The notes beneath the pieces are model-generated. The model was not told the origin of the DNA. It made no database searches and saw only the letters and a list, made by a program, of their open reading frames with translations. This document shows, in pieces, positions 1 to 8,532 of a stretch of DNA of 27,908 nucleotides. A program made the position numbers and the translations under genes. The number at the start of each line of letters is the position of its first letter. Position 1 is the first letter of the stretch. Origin of the DNA: Halodesulfurarchaeum sp. (GTDB taxonomy: Archaea > Halobacteriota > Halobacteria > Halobacteriales > Halobacteriaceae); NCBI GenBank assembly GCA_042216015.1, contig JBDGUI010000033.1, positions 14,881 to 42,788 on the forward strand. Reading direction: 5' to 3'.

Positions 1-107
1 GGGCCAAGTTCCGATACAATCGGTCGGGTCGGCCGATGGGCCAAGTTCCGATACAATCGGTCGGGTCGGCCGATGGGCCAAGTTCCGATACACTCGGTCG
101 GGTCGGC
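1..107. repeat. 37-bp tandem repeat (GGGCCAAGTTCCGATACAATCGGTCGGGTCGGCCGAT): 2 perfect copies plus 1 partial copy; may continue beyond the left edge
   Basis: Copies at 1-37 and 38-74 are identical. The third copy (75-107, 33 nt) has one mismatch (A>C at 93). There are no spacers, and the unit is not a multiple of 3. Confidence 0.95.
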
Positions 108-132
108 GTGCTCGCCGACGGCGACCCGCCGA

Positions 133-1152
133 TCACAGCCGTTCGAGGTGCGAAATGACCTCGTGAAGGTCGGGGGCCTCAAAGAGTTCGCGGCCGAGGT
201 AGGTGTTCGCCCCGGCCGCATACATGTTCGAGACGTGCCTGAGGACGTGCTCGGGCAGCGGCTTCGGCTGGATGTCAACGTCCTCGCGCCAGTCCGGGCT
301 CTCGCTCGCCAGGGCCTCCGATTTCGCCGTCTTGACGGCCTCGACCCACTCGGGATCCGTGTCGCGGTAGTACTGGCGAATGACCTCCTTTGATAACTGG
401 ACGCCGCCCCGGCTGAACCGGTTCTCGTCGAAGGTCCCCACGACGTCGGCCACCACGACCCTCCCGTCGTGATAGATGCACTCGATCTTGCCGTCCTGGT
501 GGGTCAACGTGGCCTCCTCGGCCCGTTCGGTGATGACCCGATTGACCTCGCGAGCACACGCCTCGAGGGCCTCGATGTCGGCCTTCCCGGCGATCCGGTC
601 GGCCGCCTCTCGATCGAGATAGCGGTCCTGCTTCTCGTACTTCGTCGAGAACTCCACGATCGGCTCGGTGAGGGTGACGGCCCCGTCGGGCCACGTGTCA
701 TACTCGAGGTCGAAGTCGGCCGGTTCGGCCCGATTTCGCAGGCTCGAGCCCGGGGGCACGACGTTCCGGAAGACGATCTCGAGCGGAACGACGGCGGCAT
801 CCCCGCCGGTCGCGTGGTAGGCCTCGTAGTCGTATCCCTCCGGTCCGTGGGGGAGTTCCGGGACCCGGGCGATGTCGATGGCCATCTCGGTTGGCGGCTC
901 GGAGACGGCCGCGAGCGGGATCGTCTCGCCGTCCTCGATGACCCCCCGGTAGTGGGTCTCGACGCCCGCCTCCGCGAGCCGTTCGAAGTTGTACGCCCCC
1001 ATGGCACAGAGGCTTGCGCCCTTGTTCGGGATCGTATCCGGCATCGTCCCCCAGTCGAAGACCGAGTAGTCGTCCCTGAAGACGAAGGCGCCCCGCCCCA
1101 GCGTTCCGTCCGCGGGCTCGGTCCCGACCCGGACGTCCTTGACGCTTCCCAT
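133..1152 (-). CDS. purC: Phosphoribosylaminoimidazole-succinocarboxamide (SAICAR) synthase
   Basis: Motifs MGSVKD, DDYSVFDWG, IPNKG, VPLEIVFRN, EFSTKYE, DGKIE, VADVVGTFDENRF and SKEVIRQYY match archaeal PurC. Start moved to the ATG at 1152. Confidence 0.93.
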   Translation of the reverse strand: MGSVKDVRVGTEPADGTLGRGAFVFRDDYSVFDWGTMPDTIPNKGASLCAMGAYNFERLAEAGVETHYRGVIEDGETIPLAAVSEPPTEMAIDIARVPELPHGPEGYDYEAYHATGGDAAVVPLEIVFRNVVPPGSSLRNRAEPADFDLEYDTWPDGAVTLTEPIVEFSTKYEKQDRYLDREAADRIAGKADIEALEACAREVNRVITERAEEATLTHQDGKIECIYHDGRVVVADVVGTFDENRFSRGGVQLSKEVIRQYYRDTDPEWVEAVKTAKSEALASESPDWREDVDIQPKPLPEHVLRHVSNMYAAGANTYLGRELFEAPDLHEVISHLERL

Positions 1153-1248
1153 GTGCCACCCTGGGACCCCCGGCATCAAAGCGTTTCTCACCGACTGCCA
1201 GCCAGGGACCCCGACCGCTTATGTCGTCGTGTGGGCTACGGCGTGACG

Positions 1249-2628
1249 ATGGGATCCCGGCCCACCCGCGAGACCGGCGTGCCCCGGGACCGCTTCGCCT
1301 TCGAGACCCTCCCCGAGACCGACCAGTCCTTCGAGAACGCCCTCGTCCGGGCCCGGAACCGGACGCGGCTCTCGGTCGCGGACGCGATCGAGTTGCTCAC
1401 GACCGGAAGCGGGCGGCCGGGAATCGATCCCGACCGCCTGGACCGGATCGTGGCCCTCGCCGACCGGCGGCGTCACGAGACGGTCGGCGAGGAGGTCACC
1501 TTCGTCGCGAACCTCAACAACAACGTCACCACCGCCTGCGGGACGGGCTGTCTCTTCTGCAACTACCGCGACGGCGCCGCGGGCTTCGAGACCGACAGAG
1601 ATGGTTCCCATCGGGGGTTCACGAGAACGCCGGCGGACTCCCGGCGAATCGTGAGCGCGGCCGTCGAGCGCGGCATCTCCGAGGTGACCTCGGTGAGCGG
1701 CTTGCACCCCGCCCTGGCCCTGGACGCCGAACACCGGGAGGTGCTGGCCGGCGGGCCGGCCCGTCGCTATCGCCCGCCCGAGGACTACCGCACCGATCCC
1801 GGCACCTACGTCGATCAGCTCCGGGCCATGTCCGTGGCGGGGGTCCACGTCCACTCGATGACGCCGGAGGAGGCCGACCACGCCCGACGCGGGACCGACT
1901 GGGACTTCGAGTCGGTCTATGGCCGGCTCCGCGAGGCCGGCCTCGATTCGGTCCCCGGAACCGCCGCGGAGATCCTCGCTGAGGAGGTCAGGGAGGTGAT
2001 CTGCCCCGGCAAGATCGACTCGGCGACCTGGATCGAGGCGATGGAGGCGGCAGCAGCGGTCGGGCTCCCCACGACGGCCACGATGCTCTACGGCCACGTC
2101 GAGAACGAGGCCCACCGGGCGAGACACCTCGAACGGATCCGGACCCTGCAGGACCGGACCGGCGCAATCACCGAGTTCGTCCCGCTCGCCTTCGCCCACC
2201 GGGATACCCCGCTCGCGGCGCGAGGGCTGGTCGAGGGCGGGGCGACCCGGGCCGAACACAGGCTCGTGGTGGCCGTCTCCCGGCTCTTCCTGGACAACAT
2301 TCCCCACATCCAGGCCTCGTGGGTCAAGTACGGCGACGACCTCGCACTGGAACTGCTCGAGGGCGGGGCCGACGACTTCATGGGGACGATCCTCGCTGAG
2401 TCGATCACGAAGCGGGCCGGCGGCACCCACGGCGAGTTCCGCTCGGTCGGGGAGTACCTCGCGATGATCGACGGAATCGGCCGGGTCCCGGTCGAGCGAT
2501 CGACCGACTACGAGCGCCGGTACCGACACGATCCGGGGGCCGACGTTCGGGGTCCGGTCCTCGGCCCGATGGCCGACGGGACGCCGCTCCTCGAGCCGGG
2601 CGAGACGTTCGAGCTGCCGGATGGCTGA
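1249..2628 (+). CDS. cofH: FO synthase subunit 2 (5-amino-6-(D-ribitylamino)uracil-L-tyrosine 4-hydroxyphenyl transferase), radical SAM
   Basis: CxxxCxxC motif (TTACGTGCLFC), plus GLDSVPGTAAEIL, ICPGKI, TATMLYGHVE, TEFVPL and HIQASWVKYG. Lies next to cofG and cofC. Start taken at ATG 1249, not the ORF-track extension from 469. Confidence 0.92.
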   Translation: MGSRPTRETGVPRDRFAFETLPETDQSFENALVRARNRTRLSVADAIELLTTGSGRPGIDPDRLDRIVALADRRRHETVGEEVTFVANLNNNVTTACGTGCLFCNYRDGAAGFETDRDGSHRGFTRTPADSRRIVSAAVERGISEVTSVSGLHPALALDAEHREVLAGGPARRYRPPEDYRTDPGTYVDQLRAMSVAGVHVHSMTPEEADHARRGTDWDFESVYGRLREAGLDSVPGTAAEILAEEVREVICPGKIDSATWIEAMEAAAAVGLPTTATMLYGHVENEAHRARHLERIRTLQDRTGAITEFVPLAFAHRDTPLAARGLVEGGATRAEHRLVVAVSRLFLDNIPHIQASWVKYGDDLALELLEGGADDFMGTILAESITKRAGGTHGEFRSVGEYLAMIDGIGRVPVERSTDYERRYRHDPGADVRGPVLGPMADGTPLLEPGETFELPDG

Positions 2629-2657
2629 CTCCCGGGGACGAATCGGGGGATCACGAC

Positions 2658-3770
2658 TCAAACCCGCGGGCCCCCATCGTCTCCGACGATCTTTCGGTAC
2701 CGCCGCCCCTCGGGCGTGTCCCCGTAGATGACTCGTCCCACGGGCTCGCCGATCCACTCGTTTTCGAGGCCCGTCTCGGGAAGGAACTGCCCGTGGACCG
2801 GGAGGCGCTCCCGGAGCGTCCGTCCCGTGCCGGTGACGGTCTCCCGTAGATCCTCGAGCTTCGGCCACGCGTAGTCCGGGTTGACGTGGTCGGTCGTCAC
2901 CGGCGAGATGCCCCCGAGGTCGTCCGCCCCGGCGTCGAGGAGCGGTCCGATCTCGGCCAGATTGGGCGGCACCTGAATCGAAACCGTCGGCGGCAGCGCG
3001 TGGCGGGCCATCGCGACGACCCGCCGGAGGGTGCTCGTCGCCGGGCGCTCGCCGCCCCAGCGCTCGTTCGGCGAGACGGGTTGGACGATGACCTCCTGGA
3101 CGTGACCGTATCGCTCCTGCAGCGCGGCGATGGCGAGCAGGCTTTCGGCCCGGTCCCGCCAGTCCTCGCCGATGCCAACGAGGAGCCCGGTCGTGAACGG
3201 AATCCGGTGTTCGCCCGCCAGACGGATCGTTTCGAGGCGCTCTGCCGGAGACTTCGCCCGGGAGCCGCTATGTGCGGGCACGGTGGCGGTCGTCTCCAGC
3301 ATGACACCCATGCTCGCCATCACGTCGGCCACCGCCGCCAGTTGCTCGCGGGTCTGATCCCCCGGGTTCCCGTGGGGCAACAGTCCCGCCTCGAGCGCCC
3401 GTTCTGCGGCCTCGTGGAGGTAGCCGTGGATCGAGGCGTGGCCCATGCTCTCGAGTTCGTCGTGAACCGCGTCGTAGCTGGCGTCCGGGTCGTCGCCAAG
3501 GGTGAAAAGCGCCTCCGAGCAGTCGGCGTCCCTGCCCCGGGCAAGTACCGACTCGACAGCCTCCCGTTCCATCAACTCGGCCGTCCCGGGCGGGTCGGAG
3601 AACGTGCAGTACCCGCAGGTGTACCGACAGGCGGTCGTAAGCGGGAGAAAGACGTTCCGGGCGAACGTGATCTCGGCGGGCGAGGACACGTCCGCCGGCT
3701 CGACTGCCAGCAGGTCCTCGACGGCCGTCTCGTCGATCGAGGGCGGTGGCCCACCCCAATCCCGGAACAC
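2658..3770 (-). CDS. cofG: FO synthase subunit 1 (7,8-didemethyl-8-hydroxy-5-deazariboflavin synthase), radical SAM
   Basis: ITFARNVFLPLTTACRYTCGYCTF, EALFTLG, GLLPHGNPG, PFTTGLLVGIGE, GHVQEVIVQ, QVPPNL and DLGGISPVTTDHVNPDYAWP. GTG start with a TTAAT element about 27 nt upstream. Confidence 0.92.
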   Translation of the reverse strand: MFRDWGGPPPSIDETAVEDLLAVEPADVSSPAEITFARNVFLPLTTACRYTCGYCTFSDPPGTAELMEREAVESVLARGRDADCSEALFTLGDDPDASYDAVHDELESMGHASIHGYLHEAAERALEAGLLPHGNPGDQTREQLAAVADVMASMGVMLETTATVPAHSGSRAKSPAERLETIRLAGEHRIPFTTGLLVGIGEDWRDRAESLLAIAALQERYGHVQEVIVQPVSPNERWGGERPATSTLRRVVAMARHALPPTVSIQVPPNLAEIGPLLDAGADDLGGISPVTTDHVNPDYAWPKLEDLRETVTGTGRTLRERLPVHGQFLPETGLENEWIGEPVGRVIYGDTPEGRRYRKIVGDDGGPRV

Positions 3771-3824
3771 GACAGTCGGGTACAGGCGCCCGGGATTAAT
3801 CGCTGTCGGCCGCGCGTATCGTGG

Positions 3825-4487
3825 CTATCCGTCCGTCCCCGAATCCCGTCGAACCGCCTCGGGCCGGCCGGATCCGGTTTCGATCCGGAACCCGGCGGAT
3901 TCGACCCACGCCGCGCTTTCCCCGTCGCCGTGGAGGAGTACCTCGAGGAGGTCGGCGGGCTCGTCGACGTCAGTCCCGAGACGGAACGAGTCGACCTCGC
4001 CGACGGTGAGCCCCCGATCGAGAGCCATCTGTCGGTGATCGCGGATCGAGGCGCCGTGGTAGTCAGTCTCGAATCGATCGTCCCTGATCACCATCGCGTT
4101 CGTGCCCCCGCCACGACCCGGCGCAAGGACGACGTCACCCTCCCGCTCGCGCAGTCGGTCGAGCGTCCCGGGCGTGAGAAGCGGGAGATCCGCCATGACG
4201 ACCGCGAGAGGGGCGTGCTCGGCGATCCGAGCCGTCACGACCCCGTCGAGTGGTCGGTCGTCGACCACCACGGGGGCCGCGATCCGGTCGTCGACGTGGA
4301 CGGGGGTCGAAACCGCCTCCGCAACCGGGGCGGTCGAAACCACGATCGGGTCGAACGCGCTCCGGTTCACGGCCTCGAGCACGTCCCGGAGCATCGCGTG
4401 TGCGAACGCGGACCGCTCCTCGGCAGCGAGAACGGGCGACAGACGTCGCTTGGGAGTCGTTGCGTCGAACGGAATGACGGCCCGCAT
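3825..4487 (-). CDS. cofC: 2-phospho-L-lactate / phosphoenolpyruvate guanylyltransferase
   Basis: VIPF...PKRRLSPVL, AMLRDVL, VVMADLPL, LAPGRGGGTNA, YHGAS and DVDEPADL motifs; cof cluster context. Confidence 0.92.
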   Translation of the reverse strand: MRAVIPFDATTPKRRLSPVLAAEERSAFAHAMLRDVLEAVNRSAFDPIVVSTAPVAEAVSTPVHVDDRIAAPVVVDDRPLDGVVTARIAEHAPLAVVMADLPLLTPGTLDRLREREGDVVLAPGRGGGTNAMVIRDDRFETDYHGASIRDHRQMALDRGLTVGEVDSFRLGTDVDEPADLLEVLLHGDGESAAWVESAGFRIETGSGRPEAVRRDSGTDG

Positions 4488-4491
4488 GGAC

Positions 4492-5274
4492 CTACCCGAG
4501 TTTGTCGTAGGTCTCGCGGTTCGAAAGATACCAGTAGACGAGTCCCGCGAGGATCGCCAACGCGAGTACCCCGCCGCCGATCATGAGCAGGGTGCTCTTG
4601 CGCTGGTTCGACTGCATGGCCGACTCGGCGGTTTTCCTCGCATCAGCGGCGAGGTCCTTCGCGTTCGCGAAGTTCCCATTGTCGAAGGCCGAGATGGCGT
4701 TCTCGAGGAACGACTTCGCCTCCTGAACGTTCACGCCAGCGGATTCGGCGTCGTCGATGGCCGCCTGGGCCCGATCGATCGCGGTTCGTGCCGCCTGGCT
4801 GTCCGCGGTGTACGGACGCAGGTTGGACGTTTGCAGAACGTTTTTCGCCCCGCCCGGCTGGGTTTCGCTGAACGTCGCGAGGGTCAGCGTTTGCGGTGGG
4901 TCATAGGACCACTCGGACCACTCGGGAACGGTGCCCTGGAGGCGAACCGTCACCATGGCCACGTCGTCGCGCTTTGCGATCTGGTGGCTGAAGGTCTGGG
5001 CGTTGTACTGTTTCTGATTCAACTGGGTCTCCCCGACGTCGTAAGTCGTGACCGTCCAGGTGACCGACTGGAGCTGGGTCTCCCCCGTGAGACGCCACTG
5101 GTCGTAGTTAGTGTAGAGTTCCTCGAACGTGTAGGTCACGTCGACGGTCGAATTCACCTCCGCCGTGGCCGGGACATCGCTGGCGCTGACGTCGATCGCG
5201 GCAGCCGGGCCGACCGCCACGACCGCGAGGAGCACGGCGACGATGGCGAGCTTAGAAAAGTGGCTCGAGTTCAT
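4492..5274 (-). CDS. Conserved hypothetical exported protein with N-terminal signal peptide and C-terminal membrane anchor
   Basis: N-terminal hydrophobic stretch ending in an AAA-type cleavage site, then a beta-rich T/V/Y segment, an Ala-rich helical segment and a C-terminal TM helix with a short YDKLG tail. Overlaps the cetZ1 stop region and ends 4 nt before cofC. Confidence 0.82.
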   Translation of the reverse strand: MNSSHFSKLAIVAVLLAVVAVGPAAAIDVSASDVPATAEVNSTVDVTYTFEELYTNYDQWRLTGETQLQSVTWTVTTYDVGETQLNQKQYNAQTFSHQIAKRDDVAMVTVRLQGTVPEWSEWSYDPPQTLTLATFSETQPGGAKNVLQTSNLRPYTADSQAARTAIDRAQAAIDDAESAGVNVQEAKSFLENAISAFDNGNFANAKDLAADARKTAESAMQSNQRKSTLLMIGGGVLALAILAGLVYWYLSNRETYDKLG

Positions 5275-6430
5275 CGTCCTCGTCTTCGACCAAGTCCTGT
5301 AAGGCCGCTTCGCTTTCGGCGCGGATGTCGTCGATGTTCTCCTGGGCCTCGACGGCCTTGCCCTGGAGTTCCTTGATTCGCGGGACGTTCGTCACGCCCG
5401 AGAGAAGCGTGACCGCCGCAACCTGGGCCGATTCGTCGACGGGATAGTCCCCACCCCGGACCTCCATCGAACCGGTCTGCTCCTCGAGCCACTTGCGCCC
5501 GCGTTCGATGCCCTTCCGATTCAGGTAGCTCGTCGGGCCGGCAACGACCAGCAGGGCCCGTTCGGTCCCCTCGATCTCGCAGGGGAGCGTGAGTCGGCCA
5601 AGCGCCGCCTTGCGGACCAGGCTGGTGATGCGGTTGGTGGTGTTGGCGGTGTCCTCGGTCGATGAATCACTCTTCCCCCGCAGCTTCGAGAGCAACCCGC
5701 CCGAGCTCTTGGTCTCGACGGTCTCTGAGGCGTATCCCACCGTGGAGACGCCGCCACCGGCGAGCGTGTTGATGATCTCACTCGAGTCGACGACACTTTC
5801 CCCCACGTCGGCGCTGCTGTCGACCTCGCCGGCGCCGAAGAGGATGCCGAATCGGGTGACGATCTCCTCGTTGATCTCGTCATACCCACCCTGGATCGAC
5901 TCGCCGGACTTGCGCCAGGCGTCGTTGTCGAAGACGAGGAGGTTGTCGACCTCGTTGACGAACGTCTGGAAGGAGCGGGCGGCGTTCAGCGTGTAGATGC
6001 CGCCCTCGTCCTTCCCCGGCAGGACGCCGATCCCGTAGACCGGTTCGGTGTAGATGCGCTTGAGGTGCTTTGCGAGCACCGGCGCCCCGCCACTGCCGGT
6101 CCCCCCGCCGAGCGCGGCGATGAGCAGGAACGCATCGACCTCGTGGACCGGAATGTTGTCGATCGCGCCCTGAATCTCGTCGATGTCCTCCTCGGCGATT
6201 TCCGCGCCGAGTTCGTTGTCCGCTCCGACGCCGTGTCCCTTGACCCGGGACTGTCCGATCAGTACCCGGTTGTCCTCCGGGACGTTCGTGAGGCCCATGA
6301 GGTCGGCCTTCGCGGTGTTGACCGCGATGGCGGATCGCACGATCCCCGAGCCCGTCCGCTTGTCGTACTCGAGGAACTTGTCCAGTATCTTGCCCCCCGC
6401 CTGGCCAACCCCGATCATTGCGAGTTTCAT
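5252..6430 (-). CDS. cetZ1: Tubulin/FtsZ-superfamily cell-shape GTPase CetZ (CetZ1-like)
   Basis: MKLAMIGVGQAGGK start with no FtsZ-type N-terminal extension; VNTAKADL, GHGVGADNELG, GGGTGSG signature, FDNDAWR, LGRLTLPC, EVRGGDYP; acidic tail ending LEPLF; cof neighbourhood. Confidence 0.88.
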   Translation of the reverse strand: MKLAMIGVGQAGGKILDKFLEYDKRTGSGIVRSAIAVNTAKADLMGLTNVPEDNRVLIGQSRVKGHGVGADNELGAEIAEEDIDEIQGAIDNIPVHEVDAFLLIAALGGGTGSGGAPVLAKHLKRIYTEPVYGIGVLPGKDEGGIYTLNAARSFQTFVNEVDNLLVFDNDAWRKSGESIQGGYDEINEEIVTRFGILFGAGEVDSSADVGESVVDSSEIINTLAGGGVSTVGYASETVETKSSGGLLSKLRGKSDSSTEDTANTTNRITSLVRKAALGRLTLPCEIEGTERALLVVAGPTSYLNRKGIERGRKWLEEQTGSMEVRGGDYPVDESAQVAAVTLLSGVTNVPRIKELQGKAVEAQENIDDIRAESEAALQDLVEDEDDELEPLF

Positions 6431-6490
6431 GCTGCGGTGTACTCTGTTATTAAAAACGCATCAGCGTGGCCATAAGGCTTTTGTTGGAAA

Positions 6491-6507
6491 CCGCGTGTGA
6501 CACGCGG
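6491..6507. promoter_or_regulatory. Perfect 8-1-8 inverted repeat CCGCGTGT-G-ACACGCGG upstream of cetZ1
   Basis: Read directly from the sequence. Function (operator or 3' hairpin of the upstream gene) is inferred. Confidence 0.45.
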
Positions 6508-6567
6508 CAGACCCCACGTATTCGCGGTTTCGCGGTTCTCGATCGAGCGCGTCGATCCGCCAAAATG

Positions 6568-7455
6568 TCAGTTCGAACCGAGGTACTCCTCGAGCGTGAG
6601 CAACTCGGATTCGGTCACCCCGAACGCGCCGATCGCGTTGTCTTCCACCGTGTTGTCGAAGCGGAGCGAGCGGGCCTGGTCGGCCCCGAACGGGACGAAG
6701 GGAAGCGGATCGACGAGCCGCATGCCGATCGCGGTCAGGGCCATCGGAATCGGCACGATCCGGAGCGATTTTCCCTCGGCCCGGTAGGCCATCCGGGCCA
6801 CCGCCGCGAGAGAGAGTGCCTCCGGCCCGCCGATGTCGTAGGTCCTCCCCCGGTGGCTGTCGTCCTCGACCGCCTCGGCGAGCATCGGGGCCAGGTCGCC
6901 GATCCAGATCGGCTGGAACCGGGTCCGGCCCCCGCCCGGGAGGGCGGTCAGATAGGGCGTCGTGAGGGCCTTCGTGAACCGGACGAACTCCCCGCCGTCC
7001 CCGAAGATCACCGACGGACGAAGGATCGTCCACTCGAGGTCGGACTCACGCACCACCGTCTCGGCTTGCCCCTTCGCCCGGATGTACGCCGTCTCGCCGT
7101 CGGGGTCGGCCCCCAACGCGCTCATCTGCACGATGGCCGGGACCCCGGCGGCCTCCGCGACCCTGAGGACGTTCCGGGTGCCACCGAGGTGGACACGTTC
7201 GTGCATCGCGTCACCGCCCTTCGGCTGGAAGAGCGGCGCGAGCGCGACCAGATTGACGACCACGTCCACGTCTATCATCGGTTCCTCGAGCGTCTCTGGC
7301 TCGGTCACGTCGCCGACTGCCACCTCGACGCCCTCCGGAAGGTCCCCGCCATCGGCCGAGCGCGAGAGGGCCGTGACGCCGTGGCCCCGCGAGTCGAGTT
7401 CGCGACAGAGGTGAGACCCGACGAAGCCGGTGCCGCCGGTGACGAGTACGTCCAT
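6568..7455 (-). CDS. NAD(P)-binding atypical SDR, complex I NDUFA9-like / epimerase family
   Basis: Rossmann motif VLVTGGTGFVG, plus VQMSALGAD, YIRAKGQAE, WTILRPSVIFG, FQPIWIGDLA and YDIGGPE. Confidence 0.88.
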   Translation of the reverse strand: MDVLVTGGTGFVGSHLCRELDSRGHGVTALSRSADGGDLPEGVEVAVGDVTEPETLEEPMIDVDVVVNLVALAPLFQPKGGDAMHERVHLGGTRNVLRVAEAAGVPAIVQMSALGADPDGETAYIRAKGQAETVVRESDLEWTILRPSVIFGDGGEFVRFTKALTTPYLTALPGGGRTRFQPIWIGDLAPMLAEAVEDDSHRGRTYDIGGPEALSLAAVARMAYRAEGKSLRIVPIPMALTAIGMRLVDPLPFVPFGADQARSLRFDNTVEDNAIGAFGVTESELLTLEEYLGSN

Positions 7456-7591
7456 GGGAGAGCTAGGCTGGCAGCCCGGATAACGTTTGGCGCAACGCCG
7501 GTCGATTGCCGCGAAGTGGGTCCGTCTCTTCCGGCATTGGAGGCCGGCTCAGGTCACAAACGGTATGTGACCGGTGAGCCAAGGGCGTGAC

Positions 7592-8185
7592 ATGCTCGTG
7601 ACGCTCGAGGGGTTGGACGGAAGCGGGAAGACGACAGTCTGGGAGCGACTCTCGGCGTCTCACGGGGACGGGTACACCTTCACCAGCGAGCCCACGGACT
7701 CGTGGTACGGCGATTGCGTCAGGCGATCGATCGACGCGGACGGCGCCAACTCGCTCTCGGAACTCTTCCTCTTCACCGCCGACCACGCAGACCACCTCGA
7801 GCGGGTCGTCGAGCCGGCCCTCGAGCGCGGGGACGTCGTCGTCTCCGATCGCTACACGGACTCCCGCTACGCCTACCAGGGGGCCGCCATCGAGGGGAGC
7901 GTTCCCGATCCGGTCGCGTACATCCAGTCCGTCCACCGCCCGTTTACCCGGCCGCCGGATCGCACCATCTACTTCGAGGTCGACCCGGAGACGGCCGTCG
8001 AGCGGAGCGGAGCGACGAACAAGCTCGAACAGCTCGCCTTCCTCGAGGCCGTCCGGGAGAACTACGAGTGGCTAATCGAGGCCGAGCCAGAGCGCTTCGT
8101 CCGCGTGAACGCCGAACGGCCGCTCGAGGCGGTGCTCGAGGCGGTCGAGGCGATCCTGCAACGAGAGACCGGCGGATCGGCGTAG
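7592..8185 (+). CDS. tmk: Thymidylate (dTMP) kinase
   Basis: P-loop [12 protein letters not shown], plus [26 protein letters not shown] and PDRTIYF. Confidence 0.93.
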   Translation: MLVTLEGLDGSGKTTVWERLSASHGDGYTFTSEPTDSWYGDCVRRSIDADGANSLSELFLFTADHADHLERVVEPALERGDVVVSDRYTDSRYAYQGAAIEGSVPDPVAYIQSVHRPFTRPPDRTIYFEVDPETAVERSGATNKLEQLAFLEAVRENYEWLIEAEPERFVRVNAERPLEAVLEAVEAILQRETGGSA

Positions 8186-8186
8186 C

Positions 8187-8420
8187 CTACTCGGACATCG
8201 AGACGTAGGTCTTCGTCTCGAGCACACCCTGCAGGGATTGGATGCCGTCGGTCGCCACGTCGAGGACGTCATAGACCGACTCCGCGTCGACCTCGGCGAT
8301 GAGATCGTATTCGCCCGCGACCACGTGAGCCTCCGAGACGTCGTCCCGCTCGGTGAGGGCGTCCCTGACGCCCTGTGGGGCGCCCGCTTCGGTCCTGACC
8401 ATGACGAACGCGTGAACCAT
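8187..8420 (-). CDS. Stand-alone Lrp/AsnC ligand-binding (RAM) domain protein, 77 aa
   Basis: AFVMVRTEAG...AHVVAGEYDLIAEV...IQSLQGVLETKTYVS pattern; no HTH domain. Confidence 0.85.
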   Translation of the reverse strand: MVHAFVMVRTEAGAPQGVRDALTERDDVSEAHVVAGEYDLIAEVDAESVYDVLDVATDGIQSLQGVLETKTYVSMSE

Positions 8421-8532
8421 ACCCGCCCTTCGTGGCGGGCCGGCAAAAACTCCCGGTCGAGGCGGTGACCGATCGGCGGCCCTGTGGATGATCGACCGAA
8501 ACCTCATAAGCGTTCGCGGCCCAGCCACGAGT

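Noticed and set aside
1..107. CRISPR array (37-bp palindromic repeat)
   Set aside because: The repeats are contiguous with no spacers, and there are no cas genes or AT-rich leader in view.
469..1248. N-terminal extension of cofH in the 719-aa ORF
   Set aside because: It is the antisense of purC; CofH-like sequence only begins near ATG 1249.
1219..4586. Long ORFs 1219-2868 (-) and 2886-4586 (+)
   Set aside because: Antisense shadows of cofH, cofG and cofC. They are R/G/P-rich with no motifs, as expected from stop-codon scarcity in high-GC DNA.
5252..6430. Calling this gene ftsZ
   Set aside because: It lacks the FtsZ N-terminal extension and has CetZ-type motifs and neighbourhood.
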